In this document: positions 17,189 through 26,804 of the stretch, in pieces
How positions within the stretch are numbered: the first letter of the stretch is position 1
How the letters are laid out: the number at the start of each line of letters is the position of its first letter
Source of the DNA: a virus
Taxonomy: Duplodnaviria; Caudoviricetes
Direction: 5' to 3' (one strand)
Length of the DNA: 30,409 nucleotides
Virus record (IMG/VR): IMGVR_UViG_3300029825_000697
Location: 1-30,409 of that record
The notes under the pieces: model-generated
Database searches by the model: none
Told to the model about the DNA's origin: nothing
The model's input: the letters and a program-made list of their open reading frames with translations, nothing else
Program-made: the position numbers and the translations under genes

Positions 17189-17449
17189 CCCTTTAAACCT
17201 TTGTAAGGCTTTGTGTGTTGGGGATAGTAGTGTCTAAGTACAACACGAAATATTAATAAATATTTTTTGTTTTAATATTAGAAACCATGGGGATCGCTTA
17301 TTTAAGGCAATATATTATATATTTTTTTACCAAATAAGGCGGTCCCTATTTTTGTGATATTAAGAAGATGAGAAAAAAGATATTTATGATAGTAAAAATT
17401 AAAGTTAATAAAATTGATTTAAAAATTACATAGAAATGGAGGAATAGAG

Positions 17450-17611
17450 ATGACAAAGGAGCAATCAGTCAGAGAAGTAGAATATAAAATGACATTAAAA
17501 CTGTTAAATATATTACTAAATAGAGGGATTATTACTAATGAAGAGTACTCAAGAATAGATGAATTAAACCGTCTGACCTTTTCTCCAGAACTTGCAGAAG
17601 TATATCTGTAA
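17450..17611 (+). CDS. Small SHOCT-like protein (53 aa) preceding the recombinases
   Basis: GGAGG RBS; MTKEQSVREVEYKMTLKLLNILLNRGIITNEEYSRIDELNRLTFSPELAEVYL (L..G.IT.EEY motif). Not in the ORF track. Confidence 0.8.
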   Translation: MTKEQSVREVEYKMTLKLLNILLNRGIITNEEYSRIDELNRLTFSPELAEVYL

Positions 17612-17691
17612 TAACACTAGCTATAGAAGAACTCTTGTGGTAGTGTATGTTGCTAACAAGAAGTAAATATTTAAAGAAGGGAGGATAAACT

Positions 17692-19281
17692 ATGGTAAAG
17701 AAAGTTAAGAAAGTAAGGAAAATAGAACCTGTACACCAAAAAGTCATACTAGAATTACAGCCTAAAAAGAGAGTCTGTGCTTATGCAAGGGTAAGTACGA
17801 ACTCTATAGATCAGCAAGGATCATTCCATGCTCAAGTAGATTATTACAAGAAATTTATAGGGAAAAGAGATGACTGGGAATATGCAGGTATTTATGCTGA
17901 TGAAGCTAAAAGTGGTACACAAGTAAAAAGAAGAGATGAATTTTTACAGATGATAAAAGACTGTGAAGACGGCAAGATTGATATGATTATTACTAAATCT
18001 GTAACAAGATTCGCTAGGAACACAGTAGATAGCATTGAAGCCATAAGAAAATTAAAACTACTTGGAATAGGAGTATATTTTGAAAAGGAAAATATCAATA
18101 CTTTATCAGAAAAGAGTGAGATGCTATTAACCATATTAAGTTCCATAGCCCAAGGAGAATCAGAAACCATATCTACGAATAATAAATGGGGAATTAGAAA
18201 AAAATTTGAAGATGGAACATTTAGATTCAGTACCCCTGCCTATGGATATACTAAGGATGAAGATGGACAATTGATCATAAATAAAGAAGAAGCTAAGGTT
18301 GTTCGAAGAATTTTCAATGAGTATTTGAATGGTAAAGGCTTCTATGCAATAGCCAGAGGATTAAATGAAGATAATATACCAACCATACGCTCTGCAGAAG
18401 AATGGCAGGACAGTGTGATAAAAGTAATTTTACAAAATCCTATTTATGAAGGAGATTTATTATTACAAAAGACGTATACAACTGAGATACTTCCCTTTCA
18501 AAGAAAAGTGAATAAAGGAGAATTGCCTAAGTATTTTATTGAAAATAATCATGAACCTATTATCTCTAGAAAACAAGGACAGCTGGTCCGTGAGATTTAT
18601 GAGTATCGAAGAAATAAAATAGGGATAGATGATAGTGATAAATATAAAAACAGATATGAGTTCAGTAGCAGGATTATCTGCAGTGAATGTGGAAGCACCT
18701 TACGTAGACAAAAGATTTATATAGGTAAACCTTATGAGAAAATCCAGTGGTGCTGTATTCAACATATAAGAGATATTAATAAATGCAGTATGAAAGCTGT
18801 AAGGGAAGATATTATAAAAGAAGCCTTTCTTACCATGTGGAACAAGTTAGTAAGTAACTACATAGATATCTTACATCCACTTCTTGAGTCCTTAAAAGAT
18901 TTAAGAACCAATGAAGAGCAGGAAGAAGAGATAAAAGACTTAAACAACAAAATAATGGAACTAACAGAGCAGAGTCATATCCTAAGTAGAGTAGTATCGA
19001 AAGGGTATATTGACTCTGCTGTTTTTATAGAAAGACAAAATGTCCTCACAGTAGAAATAGAGGCGACAAGGAAAAGGAGAAACCAACTGCTAGATAATAA
19101 CGGTTTTGAAAAGGAGATAGAAGGAACTTTACGATTACTAGACATTATAAGATATAACTCAGAGATCATGGAAGACTATGATGAAAACCTATTTATCCAT
19201 ACAGTAGATAAAATCATTATAGGAAAAGATTATGAAGTTACATTCAGACTGATTAATAATCTAGAGCTAACAGAATATTAA
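17692..19281 (+). CDS. Large serine recombinase 1
   Basis: YARVST catalytic motif, KSVTRFARN, recombinase domain, CSECG zinc ribbon, coiled coil. Confidence 0.95.
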   Translation: MVKKVKKVRKIEPVHQKVILELQPKKRVCAYARVSTNSIDQQGSFHAQVDYYKKFIGKRDDWEYAGIYADEAKSGTQVKRRDEFLQMIKDCEDGKIDMIITKSVTRFARNTVDSIEAIRKLKLLGIGVYFEKENINTLSEKSEMLLTILSSIAQGESETISTNNKWGIRKKFEDGTFRFSTPAYGYTKDEDGQLIINKEEAKVVRRIFNEYLNGKGFYAIARGLNEDNIPTIRSAEEWQDSVIKVILQNPIYEGDLLLQKTYTTEILPFQRKVNKGELPKYFIENNHEPIISRKQGQLVREIYEYRRNKIGIDDSDKYKNRYEFSSRIICSECGSTLRRQKIYIGKPYEKIQWCCIQHIRDINKCSMKAVREDIIKEAFLTMWNKLVSNYIDILHPLLESLKDLRTNEEQEEEIKDLNNKIMELTEQSHILSRVVSKGYIDSAVFIERQNVLTVEIEATRKRRNQLLDNNGFEKEIEGTLRLLDIIRYNSEIMEDYDENLFIHTVDKIIIGKDYEVTFRLINNLELTEY

Positions 19282-19300
19282 GGAAAGTGAGGTGCTAGAT

Positions 19301-20218
19301 ATGCAAAGACATATGCCAATAGGCTATAAAATAGTAGATGGAAAAATAGTCCTTAATGTTGAAAAAGTAGAAGTAATACAAAAAATATTTAAAGACTATT
19401 TAAATGGAGTATCTATGATTACCATAGCAAAGGAATTAACGGCTACAGGATTTCTTAATGCAAATAATAAGCCTAATTGGAATCATGGTTCTGTAGGCAG
19501 GATACTAGAAAACAGTAAATACTTGGGAGATAGTATGTATCCTCAAATAATAGATGAGGTCACCTTTGAATTAGTACAGCAACAAAGAAAAGCAAAAAAT
19601 AAGAAATTAGGCAGAACACCTCAGATTAATACTAGGAAAAATCAAAGTGTATTTACCAGTAAATTAAAATGTGGAGAATGTGGGAATATTTATCGCAAAT
19701 ACATTGAACATGCAGGAAGACCATCAGAAAAGAGTAACTGGAAATGTAAAAGATACATCTACCAGAATAGGGTTCATTGCAGAAACTTATTTCTAACTGG
19801 AAAAGATATAGAAAATATTTTTATATCAGCAACAAATAAAATTTTATCAAGAATGTGGATATTAGATAAAGAAAAGAAAAAAGAACCATCAAAGATGACT
19901 ATTGAAATTAGAAATTTAGAAGAACGAATCAAAGAGCTAGAAGACGAAAAACAATTTTCATCAAAGGAACTAGCAGAATTAATATTTAAAAGAGCAAAAG
20001 CCTATTACAAAATATCTAAAATAGATGATTATGATTACACGACTAAGAAAATTAAAGAGGAACTTCTTGATAAACAACCACTTACAGAATTTAATGAAGA
20101 ATTATTTATAAATATAGTAGAAGAAATAATCATTTATAAGGATGGAAAGATTCAAGTGGAATATATAAATGGAATTATGATGGAGGAAGACTATGGTGAA
20201 ATAAGAAAGGATGAATGA
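19301..20218 (+). CDS. Serine recombinase-like protein 2 lacking the catalytic domain
   Basis: Begins at the recombinase DNA-binding domain (HMPIGY); CGECG zinc ribbon; no RVS motif. Confidence 0.9.
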   Translation: MQRHMPIGYKIVDGKIVLNVEKVEVIQKIFKDYLNGVSMITIAKELTATGFLNANNKPNWNHGSVGRILENSKYLGDSMYPQIIDEVTFELVQQQRKAKNKKLGRTPQINTRKNQSVFTSKLKCGECGNIYRKYIEHAGRPSEKSNWKCKRYIYQNRVHCRNLFLTGKDIENIFISATNKILSRMWILDKEKKKEPSKMTIEIRNLEERIKELEDEKQFSSKELAELIFKRAKAYYKISKIDDYDYTTKKIKEELLDKQPLTEFNEELFINIVEEIIIYKDGKIQVEYINGIMMEEDYGEIRKDE

Positions 20219-21873
20219 AAATGGCAAGACCAAGAAAGAATGTAGCCTTTATACCAGCACAACCTATTTATGATAGAAATATAAGGGCAGAGTTAAAAGT
20301 CCTAAGAATAGCAGCTTACTGTAGAGTCAGCACCACCTTAGAACAGCAGGAAGGTAGTTATGAGGCTCAAGTATCTTATTATACAAATAAGATAAAAAAC
20401 AATCCAAATTGGAAATGTGCAGGGATTTATGCAGATGACGGCAAATCAGCAACTAATACAAAAAAGAGAGATGATTTTAATGCCATGATAGAAGACTGCA
20501 TGGCAGGAAAAATAGATATGGTCATAACAAAATCCGTCAGCAGATTCGCAAGAAATACAGTAGACTCCCTTCAAACCATAAGAAAACTTAAAGAAAAAAA
20601 CATAGCAGTATTTTTTGAGAAAGAGAATATCAATACCTTAGATGGAACAGGGGAACTATTAATTACCATTTTAAGTAGTCAAGCACAAGAAGAAAGCAGA
20701 AACTTAAGTGAAAATACAAAATGGGGAATAACGAGAAGATTTGAAAATGGAATTATCTCAATCAATCATAAAAAATTTATGGGATATACAAAAGATGAAG
20801 ATGGAGAACTGGTCATAGTACCTGAAGAAGCAGAAATAGTGAAAAGGATTTATAGAATGTATTTAGAAGGCAGTAGTATACTAGAGATTACTAGAGCTTT
20901 GGAGGCAGATAAAATTAAAACTGCTACAGGGAAAGAAAAGTGGCATCCTGGAGTAATAGAAAAAATGCTAGTCAATGAAAAGTATATGGGAGATGCATTA
21001 CTGCAGAAAACCTATACAGTAGATTTTCTAACTAAGAAACGAGTAAAAAATAACGGTATAGTACCACAGTATTATATCGAAGATAACCATGAGGCAATTA
21101 TACCAAAGGAATTATTTTATAAAGTGCAGGAAGAAAAGACAAGACGTGCCAGCCTTAATAAATCAGCAGTTACAAGAAAATTTAATAAGGCAAAGAAGGA
21201 AAAAAGTAAATTTAGCTCCAAATATGCACTGACGGAAATCTTAGTATGTGCTGAATGTGGACATCCCTATAGAAGACAAGTCTGGTCAAAGTATGGACAA
21301 AAGAGTGCAGTATGGAGATGTGAAAATAGGTTAAAGAATGGTACAAAAGCAAACTGTAAGAACTCACCTACCCTTAAAGAAGAGCCATTACATAATGCCA
21401 TAATGACAGCAATAAACAGTGTAGTAGAAAATAATGGAGATTTTATAGGAGCATTCAGGGAGAATGTAATCAGAGTCATCGGTGGATACTCCACAACAAA
21501 TATACCTACAGAATATGATGAACAAATAAAATCCTTGCAAAAAGATATGCTGACCTTAATCGAAGAAAATGCAAAACAAGGAGCTGTAGCAGAAGACTTT
21601 GATGATGAGTATAAAAGTATATCAGAAGAGATAAATGAGCTTAAAAAGGCAAAATTAAGGCTCGTACAAGAGAAAAAACAAGCTGATAGATATGAAGAAC
21701 GACTAGATGAAATAGAAAGCACCATAAAGACAGTGAGACCACAGGTAAGGGAATTTGATGAAGACTTAGTAAGAAGATTAATTAATACCATTAGAGTAAA
21801 TCGGGGAGAAAGACTGGAGATACAGTTTGAATCAGGGATAGTGATGAAGCAGACGGTAGATTACTATGATTAG
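20215..21873 (+). CDS. Large serine recombinase 3
   Basis: YCRVST, KSVSRFARN, CAECG zinc ribbon, coiled coil. Confidence 0.95.
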   Translation: MKMARPRKNVAFIPAQPIYDRNIRAELKVLRIAAYCRVSTTLEQQEGSYEAQVSYYTNKIKNNPNWKCAGIYADDGKSATNTKKRDDFNAMIEDCMAGKIDMVITKSVSRFARNTVDSLQTIRKLKEKNIAVFFEKENINTLDGTGELLITILSSQAQEESRNLSENTKWGITRRFENGIISINHKKFMGYTKDEDGELVIVPEEAEIVKRIYRMYLEGSSILEITRALEADKIKTATGKEKWHPGVIEKMLVNEKYMGDALLQKTYTVDFLTKKRVKNNGIVPQYYIEDNHEAIIPKELFYKVQEEKTRRASLNKSAVTRKFNKAKKEKSKFSSKYALTEILVCAECGHPYRRQVWSKYGQKSAVWRCENRLKNGTKANCKNSPTLKEEPLHNAIMTAINSVVENNGDFIGAFRENVIRVIGGYSTTNIPTEYDEQIKSLQKDMLTLIEENAKQGAVAEDFDDEYKSISEEINELKKAKLRLVQEKKQADRYEERLDEIESTIKTVRPQVREFDEDLVRRLINTIRVNRGERLEIQFESGIVMKQTVDYYD

Positions 21874-21881
21874 GGGTATAG

Positions 21882-21974
21882 GAGCAGTAACATGGAAAGA
21901 AGATAAGTTACTGCTCTTGCAATAATGAGAATATACTAAGACTAAAATCCTCAGATGGTGCTAAGGATTTTAGT
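21882..21974 (+). terminator. Two stem-loops after the recombinase operon
   Basis: GAGCAGTAAC/GTTACTGCTC (21882-21916); ACTAAAATCCT/AGGATTTTAGT (21941-21974). Confidence 0.55.
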
Positions 21975-22042
21975 GTTGGTAGATTAGATAGAATAAATAG
22001 TCAAAAGATTTGAGAAGATTTGGCAAATAATATGATTCTGGG

Positions 22043-22078
22043 TTGAGAAATGTTGGAAAATACTATAAAATTATAGTA
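22043..22078 (+). promoter_or_regulatory. Promoter of the DUF1413-Lamassu operon with an operator over the -10
   Basis: TTGAGA (22043-22048), 17 bp, TAAAAT (22066-22071); palindrome TACTATAA-AA-TTATAGTA at 22061-22078. Confidence 0.65.
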
Positions 22079-22121
22079 ACAATATTGTTTATATCGGTAT
22101 GGTCTACTTGGGGGTTATAAT

Positions 22122-22409
22122 ATGTCAAATGTTAATGAGCTTTTAGATATTGCCAAATCTGAAATAAATCATTTAGATTTAGATGAAGCTTTCTTAGTAT
22201 TGGATATTTTTAAAGGTTACAGATGGAATCGGATTTCTCAAAGTGAACGATTATTATTTGGAACCTTATTTCTAAATTATAATAAATCAGAGGCGATAGG
22301 TGCTGTTTGGCTAAAAAAGGTTTATTTAGGACAGCAAAAATATCAAATGATAAAAAATAATCTGGTTTTAGAAATGAGGTGTAACAGTTATGACATACCA
22401 ACCAGATAG
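22122..22409 (+). CDS. DUF1413-like small DNA-binding protein
   Basis: VNELL..A..E...L...E.FLV.D.FKGY.WNRI...ERLL.GTLFLNY pattern. Confidence 0.7.
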   Translation: MSNVNELLDIAKSEINHLDLDEAFLVLDIFKGYRWNRISQSERLLFGTLFLNYNKSEAIGAVWLKKVYLGQQKYQMIKNNLVLEMRCNSYDIPTR

Positions 22410-23550
22410 TAGTGGAATTAATAGCTTAAGTGGATTTTCATTCCAAATCAAGGTTTTTGTATACTATATGCTTATGCTTGAAGAAGGTATGCAAATTGAA
22501 TTTGAAACTTTAGAAGATGTCAATATTAAAAATATAGAAAATGGAAAGATAGATCAAAAAAGTGAAAATTTTATTAGCAAGTTGTTAACAATTAACTCAA
22601 ATATTGCTATTCAAGTAAAAAGAACAGGTATTACAAATGCAGTAGCCCAACAAGTATTACTTAATTGGATATTGTTAGAATCGTCTGAAAACAACATATC
22701 TAAATACTTGTTATTCACTGATAGCGAATATGATAATAAGGATATTATTTTTAAAAAAAGTGCTACTGAATTATTCGATATTATAGTAGATTCGGACAAA
22801 CAAAAGAATGCAACAATCTCAAAAGTTAAAAAACTTTATAAAGATAAATATACTGATTTTGAAAAGATTTATGAAGAAATAAAGAGAAAATATACCTTTA
22901 AATCTATAGGATGTATAGATAAGCAAATAGATGATGGCTGTTCAGTGCATTTTAGAAAATTAGCAAACAAAGTAGTTTACAATCAACGACTGAAGGAATT
23001 ACTACAACACATTACAGTTCAAATTATGGAAGCTGTTGATAAAAGGAGACCTTACGTAATAGGATATGAGGAATTTATAAAATTAATTGAAGATATATCA
23101 TGTCGCTTAACGGAAGAAATAACAGCACCTCTTTATTCTAATTTTAAAAAAATACACACAGTCGACCTTTCGAGTATTAAAATTTCAGAATCAAGAGAGT
23201 ATAAACAGCTTGTTGCTTGTGAACTTCCGAATATGCTAATTAAACAACATTTATTATTTGGGATGTATTATGAAAATACTAAGTTTAAATATATGGAAAC
23301 AAACAAAATAAGTAGAATTAGAGAAATCGAAGAAACTACATATGAGAATTATGAAAATGTAAAGTTTAGACTACAAAAAAATAAAGAAGATGAACCATAT
23401 AATAGACTTGAGGAAACTAAAAAAATGCCAAATTCATATGCAGAAAATGAACAAATAAGATATGGAGCTGGAATATATTTAACAAGAGAAAATATTGACA
23501 AAAATCAAATTTCATGGGAGGATGAGCAAAATGCGAAACTTGCAAAATGA
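22390..23550 (+). CDS. lmuA: Lamassu-like effector: Cap4/DUF4297-type PD-(D/E)xK nuclease plus ABC-3C C-terminal domain
   Basis: GINSLSGFSFQ...EFETLEDV...IQVK nuclease motifs; C-terminal G.YLT...ISW; first of three overlapping genes. Confidence 0.75.
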   Translation: MTYQPDSSGINSLSGFSFQIKVFVYYMLMLEEGMQIEFETLEDVNIKNIENGKIDQKSENFISKLLTINSNIAIQVKRTGITNAVAQQVLLNWILLESSENNISKYLLFTDSEYDNKDIIFKKSATELFDIIVDSDKQKNATISKVKKLYKDKYTDFEKIYEEIKRKYTFKSIGCIDKQIDDGCSVHFRKLANKVVYNQRLKELLQHITVQIMEAVDKRRPYVIGYEEFIKLIEDISCRLTEEITAPLYSNFKKIHTVDLSSIKISESREYKQLVACELPNMLIKQHLLFGMYYENTKFKYMETNKISRIREIEETTYENYENVKFRLQKNKEDEPYNRLEETKKMPNSYAENEQIRYGAGIYLTRENIDKNQISWEDEQNAKLAK

Positions 23551-23968
23551 GGCTGAGGCTATTCAGATTAGTATATATTGTGAGATAATAATGCAAATGC
23601 TTAAAAAGCATAAAGAATTAAGTGTTATTAAGATGCTTGTTTTCTCATATTTAATAAAAGGACAAAAATTTATACCAAATAGTATTTATACTGCTAATAC
23701 TTCTCAAGATCTCATATATAAGGGTCTTTCTTTATTAGCAGGGGATTATATAGGGCTTTGTGATAGTATTGGATATATTATTAAAGCTATTCATCTTTTA
23801 ATACAAAAAAACTTAATCAATTTAGAAAATAATATTATAATTGAGATACCAAACGAAGAACTAGGAAAATCAGCATATGAAGAAAGTTTGTTTTTAGAAA
23901 AGGTCATTGAAGCAAGTAAAAGGATGTCAGATAAACAATTTATGAGAGAGGTTATGTACAATGTTTAA
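23531..23968 (+). CDS. lmuC: Lamassu-like middle component
   Basis: Small helical protein overlapping both the effector and ATPase genes; ATG at 23531. Confidence 0.65.
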   Translation: MRNLQNEAEAIQISIYCEIIMQMLKKHKELSVIKMLVFSYLIKGQKFIPNSIYTANTSQDLIYKGLSLLAGDYIGLCDSIGYIIKAIHLLIQKNLINLENNIIIEIPNEELGKSAYEESLFLEKVIEASKRMSDKQFMREVMYNV

Positions 23969-25733
23969 AATAAATAAATTGATAATCTATAGTATGAAAG
24001 ATGAAACTTTTACATACAAGTTTAATTCAGGAATAAATTATTTCAAAGGTAAAAATAGTTCTGGTAAAACAGAATTTTATAGTTTTATTGATTTTATGTT
24101 TGGATCTTCTGAGGATATAAAGAAAAAGCCTTGGTATGCAAATTCTCTCAAAAAAGCCACTATGATTTTTGAATTTGAAGGTATGCAGTATTGCGTCTCA
24201 AGAACCAGGGAACGTAATCAAAATTATTTTTACTATTTTGGAGAGGATGAACCAGATGAAATTGATTTAAGAGAATATAAAGATAAATTAAATGCGGTTT
24301 TTGCACAGGATGTGGAGTTATTAAAGAATATTCGTAATTTCACTAATGAGGAATTGACGTATAGGGCATTTACCATGTTTAATTTTTTGGGAGAAAAAGG
24401 GCAGGGGAAAATACATGATTTTTTAGACAAGTGCAATGATATAAAATATGCTGTTAAATTAAATCCTATTCTTAATTTTATATTTAATAAAAACTTGGAA
24501 AGAATATACGAGCTACAAAAAGAATTGGAATCATTAACAGATGAGTTAAAAGAATTGGAAATGAACTCTGCGAGATATGATTTTATTATTAAGCAGGTTA
24601 ATAATAATCTTCAAAAGCTTGCTGGTAACTTATGGTATACGGGAAAAAATGTTGAAGATATTTGGAGATATTTAAGTGAAATCAAAAATATGCAAGATAT
24701 AAAAAAAAGAAAGAAAGAGAAAAATATCGCTGATTTACAAGTTATGTTTAATAATATTTCAGAACAAATAAAGGTATATGAAAACAGTATTTTTGATGCA
24801 AAACAATTTGAGAAAGATAATCAAAATAGAAAAGTATTGTTGGAAAAATTGAATGTTTTAATTAATGAAAATGTAGAGTTTAAATATTTGGTTGAGCCAT
24901 TACAAAGTTTACTAGCAGACATTGATAATACTATTTCATTTAGTAAATACCTAATCAGTGATAATACTATTAAAGAGTTAAAAAAGCAAAGAGAAAGTAT
25001 TAAAACTGAAATACAAAGGAATGATTCTAGATTCAAGTGTTACACAATGGAGGATAAATCAAAGGCAATTGCGTTAATCGAAGATTATTTATCAGCTGAA
25101 GTTTATTCTTGTGATGAAGAATTAAAAGAAAAGAAAAAACGAATTCGAGAGGTACGCGAAGAGTTAAAGATATTACAGGCAGCAGATGATAGTAAGAAAA
25201 TCAGGGAACTCTCAGAATATATTACGAATTTATATTATTCTGCGAAAGAAATATCCTCTGTTGTTGATGATGATATAAATCAAGAAGGATTTAAAATTCA
25301 ATATATTAAAAGAGGTAACATTTTACAACCAATGGTGACAAAGGAGTCTGAAAATGGCGATATTCCTAATAGAAAGAAGGAAGTAAACTATTATATTGGT
25401 AGTATGGCCCGACATACACTTATTCAATTATGCGGATACTTTGCATTTTTAAACATTTTACTGGTAGACAATAAATATCCTTTAATACCTATACTTGTTA
25501 TTGATCATATATCTAAACCTTTTGATGAAAAAAATAGCAAGGCTATTGGGAAAGTAATTTCAGAAGCATACGAAAGTATAGGTAAAGAAAATTTACAGTT
25601 ATTTATTTTTGATGATGAAGAATATGAAGCTTTAGGAATACAGCCTGATCATTTTGAAAATTTAGTAACTGAAGGTAAAACTGGGTTCAATCCATTTTTT
25701 ATTCCATATAAGGATGAATTTGAAGATAAGTAA
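23961..25733 (+). CDS. lmuB: Lamassu-like SMC-type ABC ATPase (short form, 590 aa)
   Basis: Walker A GKNSSGKT, long coiled coil, GSMA signature, Walker B-like ILVIDHISKPF. Confidence 0.8.
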   Translation: MFKINKLIIYSMKDETFTYKFNSGINYFKGKNSSGKTEFYSFIDFMFGSSEDIKKKPWYANSLKKATMIFEFEGMQYCVSRTRERNQNYFYYFGEDEPDEIDLREYKDKLNAVFAQDVELLKNIRNFTNEELTYRAFTMFNFLGEKGQGKIHDFLDKCNDIKYAVKLNPILNFIFNKNLERIYELQKELESLTDELKELEMNSARYDFIIKQVNNNLQKLAGNLWYTGKNVEDIWRYLSEIKNMQDIKKRKKEKNIADLQVMFNNISEQIKVYENSIFDAKQFEKDNQNRKVLLEKLNVLINENVEFKYLVEPLQSLLADIDNTISFSKYLISDNTIKELKKQRESIKTEIQRNDSRFKCYTMEDKSKAIALIEDYLSAEVYSCDEELKEKKKRIREVREELKILQAADDSKKIRELSEYITNLYYSAKEISSVVDDDINQEGFKIQYIKRGNILQPMVTKESENGDIPNRKKEVNYYIGSMARHTLIQLCGYFAFLNILLVDNKYPLIPILVIDHISKPFDEKNSKAIGKVISEAYESIGKENLQLFIFDDEEYEALGIQPDHFENLVTEGKTGFNPFFIPYKDEFEDK

Positions 25734-25993
25734 TAAATATGCTTTATCACTAAGAGAAAATAGTCTTAATTAAATTACTATTAGTTTTGTATTCTGAAAA
25801 GTACAGAAGAAATTTATTCTATGGGGAAGAAAGTTGAGTAAATTAACAGTTTTGGATGCGCGTATGAGGTTCTTTTTAGGACTTTTTTATTGAAATGCTA
25901 TTTTGTGCATAATTGATATACTTGGTGTATAGGCAAGAAATTTTTAAATAAGATTATTAATTTGATGCAGTATATAAAATTGAGGTGATATAG

Positions 25994-26721
25994 ATGGATG
26001 CTCAACAAAAAAAGAAAGCTATTGCTCGTTATAAAGAACTATAACATTTGGTATGAAATCAAGTATTTCTAGGACAGCAGATATATGGGAAGATGAAAAT
26101 AAACATGTAGCCATAATATCAAAGGATGGATGGAGATGCGGACATGGTCATAGTTGGGATGCATATCTACAATGTAAATTAGACTTAGATTTTATGAAAG
26201 AAGAGAAATATCAGAAAATCTTTGATAATCTATTTAATACTTTTGCATTAAAAAAATGATAAAGATGATTTAGCATATAAATTTATGAATTTGTTTATAT
26301 TGTATTCTCGAGGTATTGTTCAACGAAGAATACATCATGACGATTCACTTGTATTACTTCTGTTTATCACAGCTTTAGAATCATTAATTACAGAAGGACA
26401 ATCAGAGAAAAGAATTAGGCCTGCGGCAATTATATCAAAACTTATAAGCATAGATGGTGTTACACCTTTTGAGTTAGCAACGACAATAGATGAATTATAT
26501 AAAGAATCGAAACAATTTTGTTCATGCAGGTCAAACATCACAGTTTTCTTATGAAAATGACAAGCTTGATACATTGGAGCGTATAACAGAATTGATGTTA
26601 TTGAAATACTTTGAAATGGATTCTCTATTATGTGTATAAATAGGTCAAAATCCTCTAAATGTTTGGACAGAATATCTTAATAAGGTGTGTTTAACAGTAT
26701 TATTTTTAGACAAGGTGAATA
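25994..26721 (+). pseudogene. Fragmented ApeA-like HEPN domain gene
   Basis: Fragments with stops and frameshifts. FITALESL motif, plus an RNNFVHAG (Rx4H) motif at 26508-26531 that is out of frame with the 26285 ORF. End approximate. Confidence 0.7.
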
Positions 26722-26804
26722 GAGATGAAGGAACCAAGCTATGATATGGTGTCTTTATTTTATGAGACATATAAACTTAAATACAAAGCAAGGGAGCGGA
26801 GCAT

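Noticed and set aside
19301-20218. Middle recombinase as a pseudogene
   Set aside because: The ORF is intact and coupled to its neighbours. A non-catalytic middle subunit is usual in recombinase triplets.
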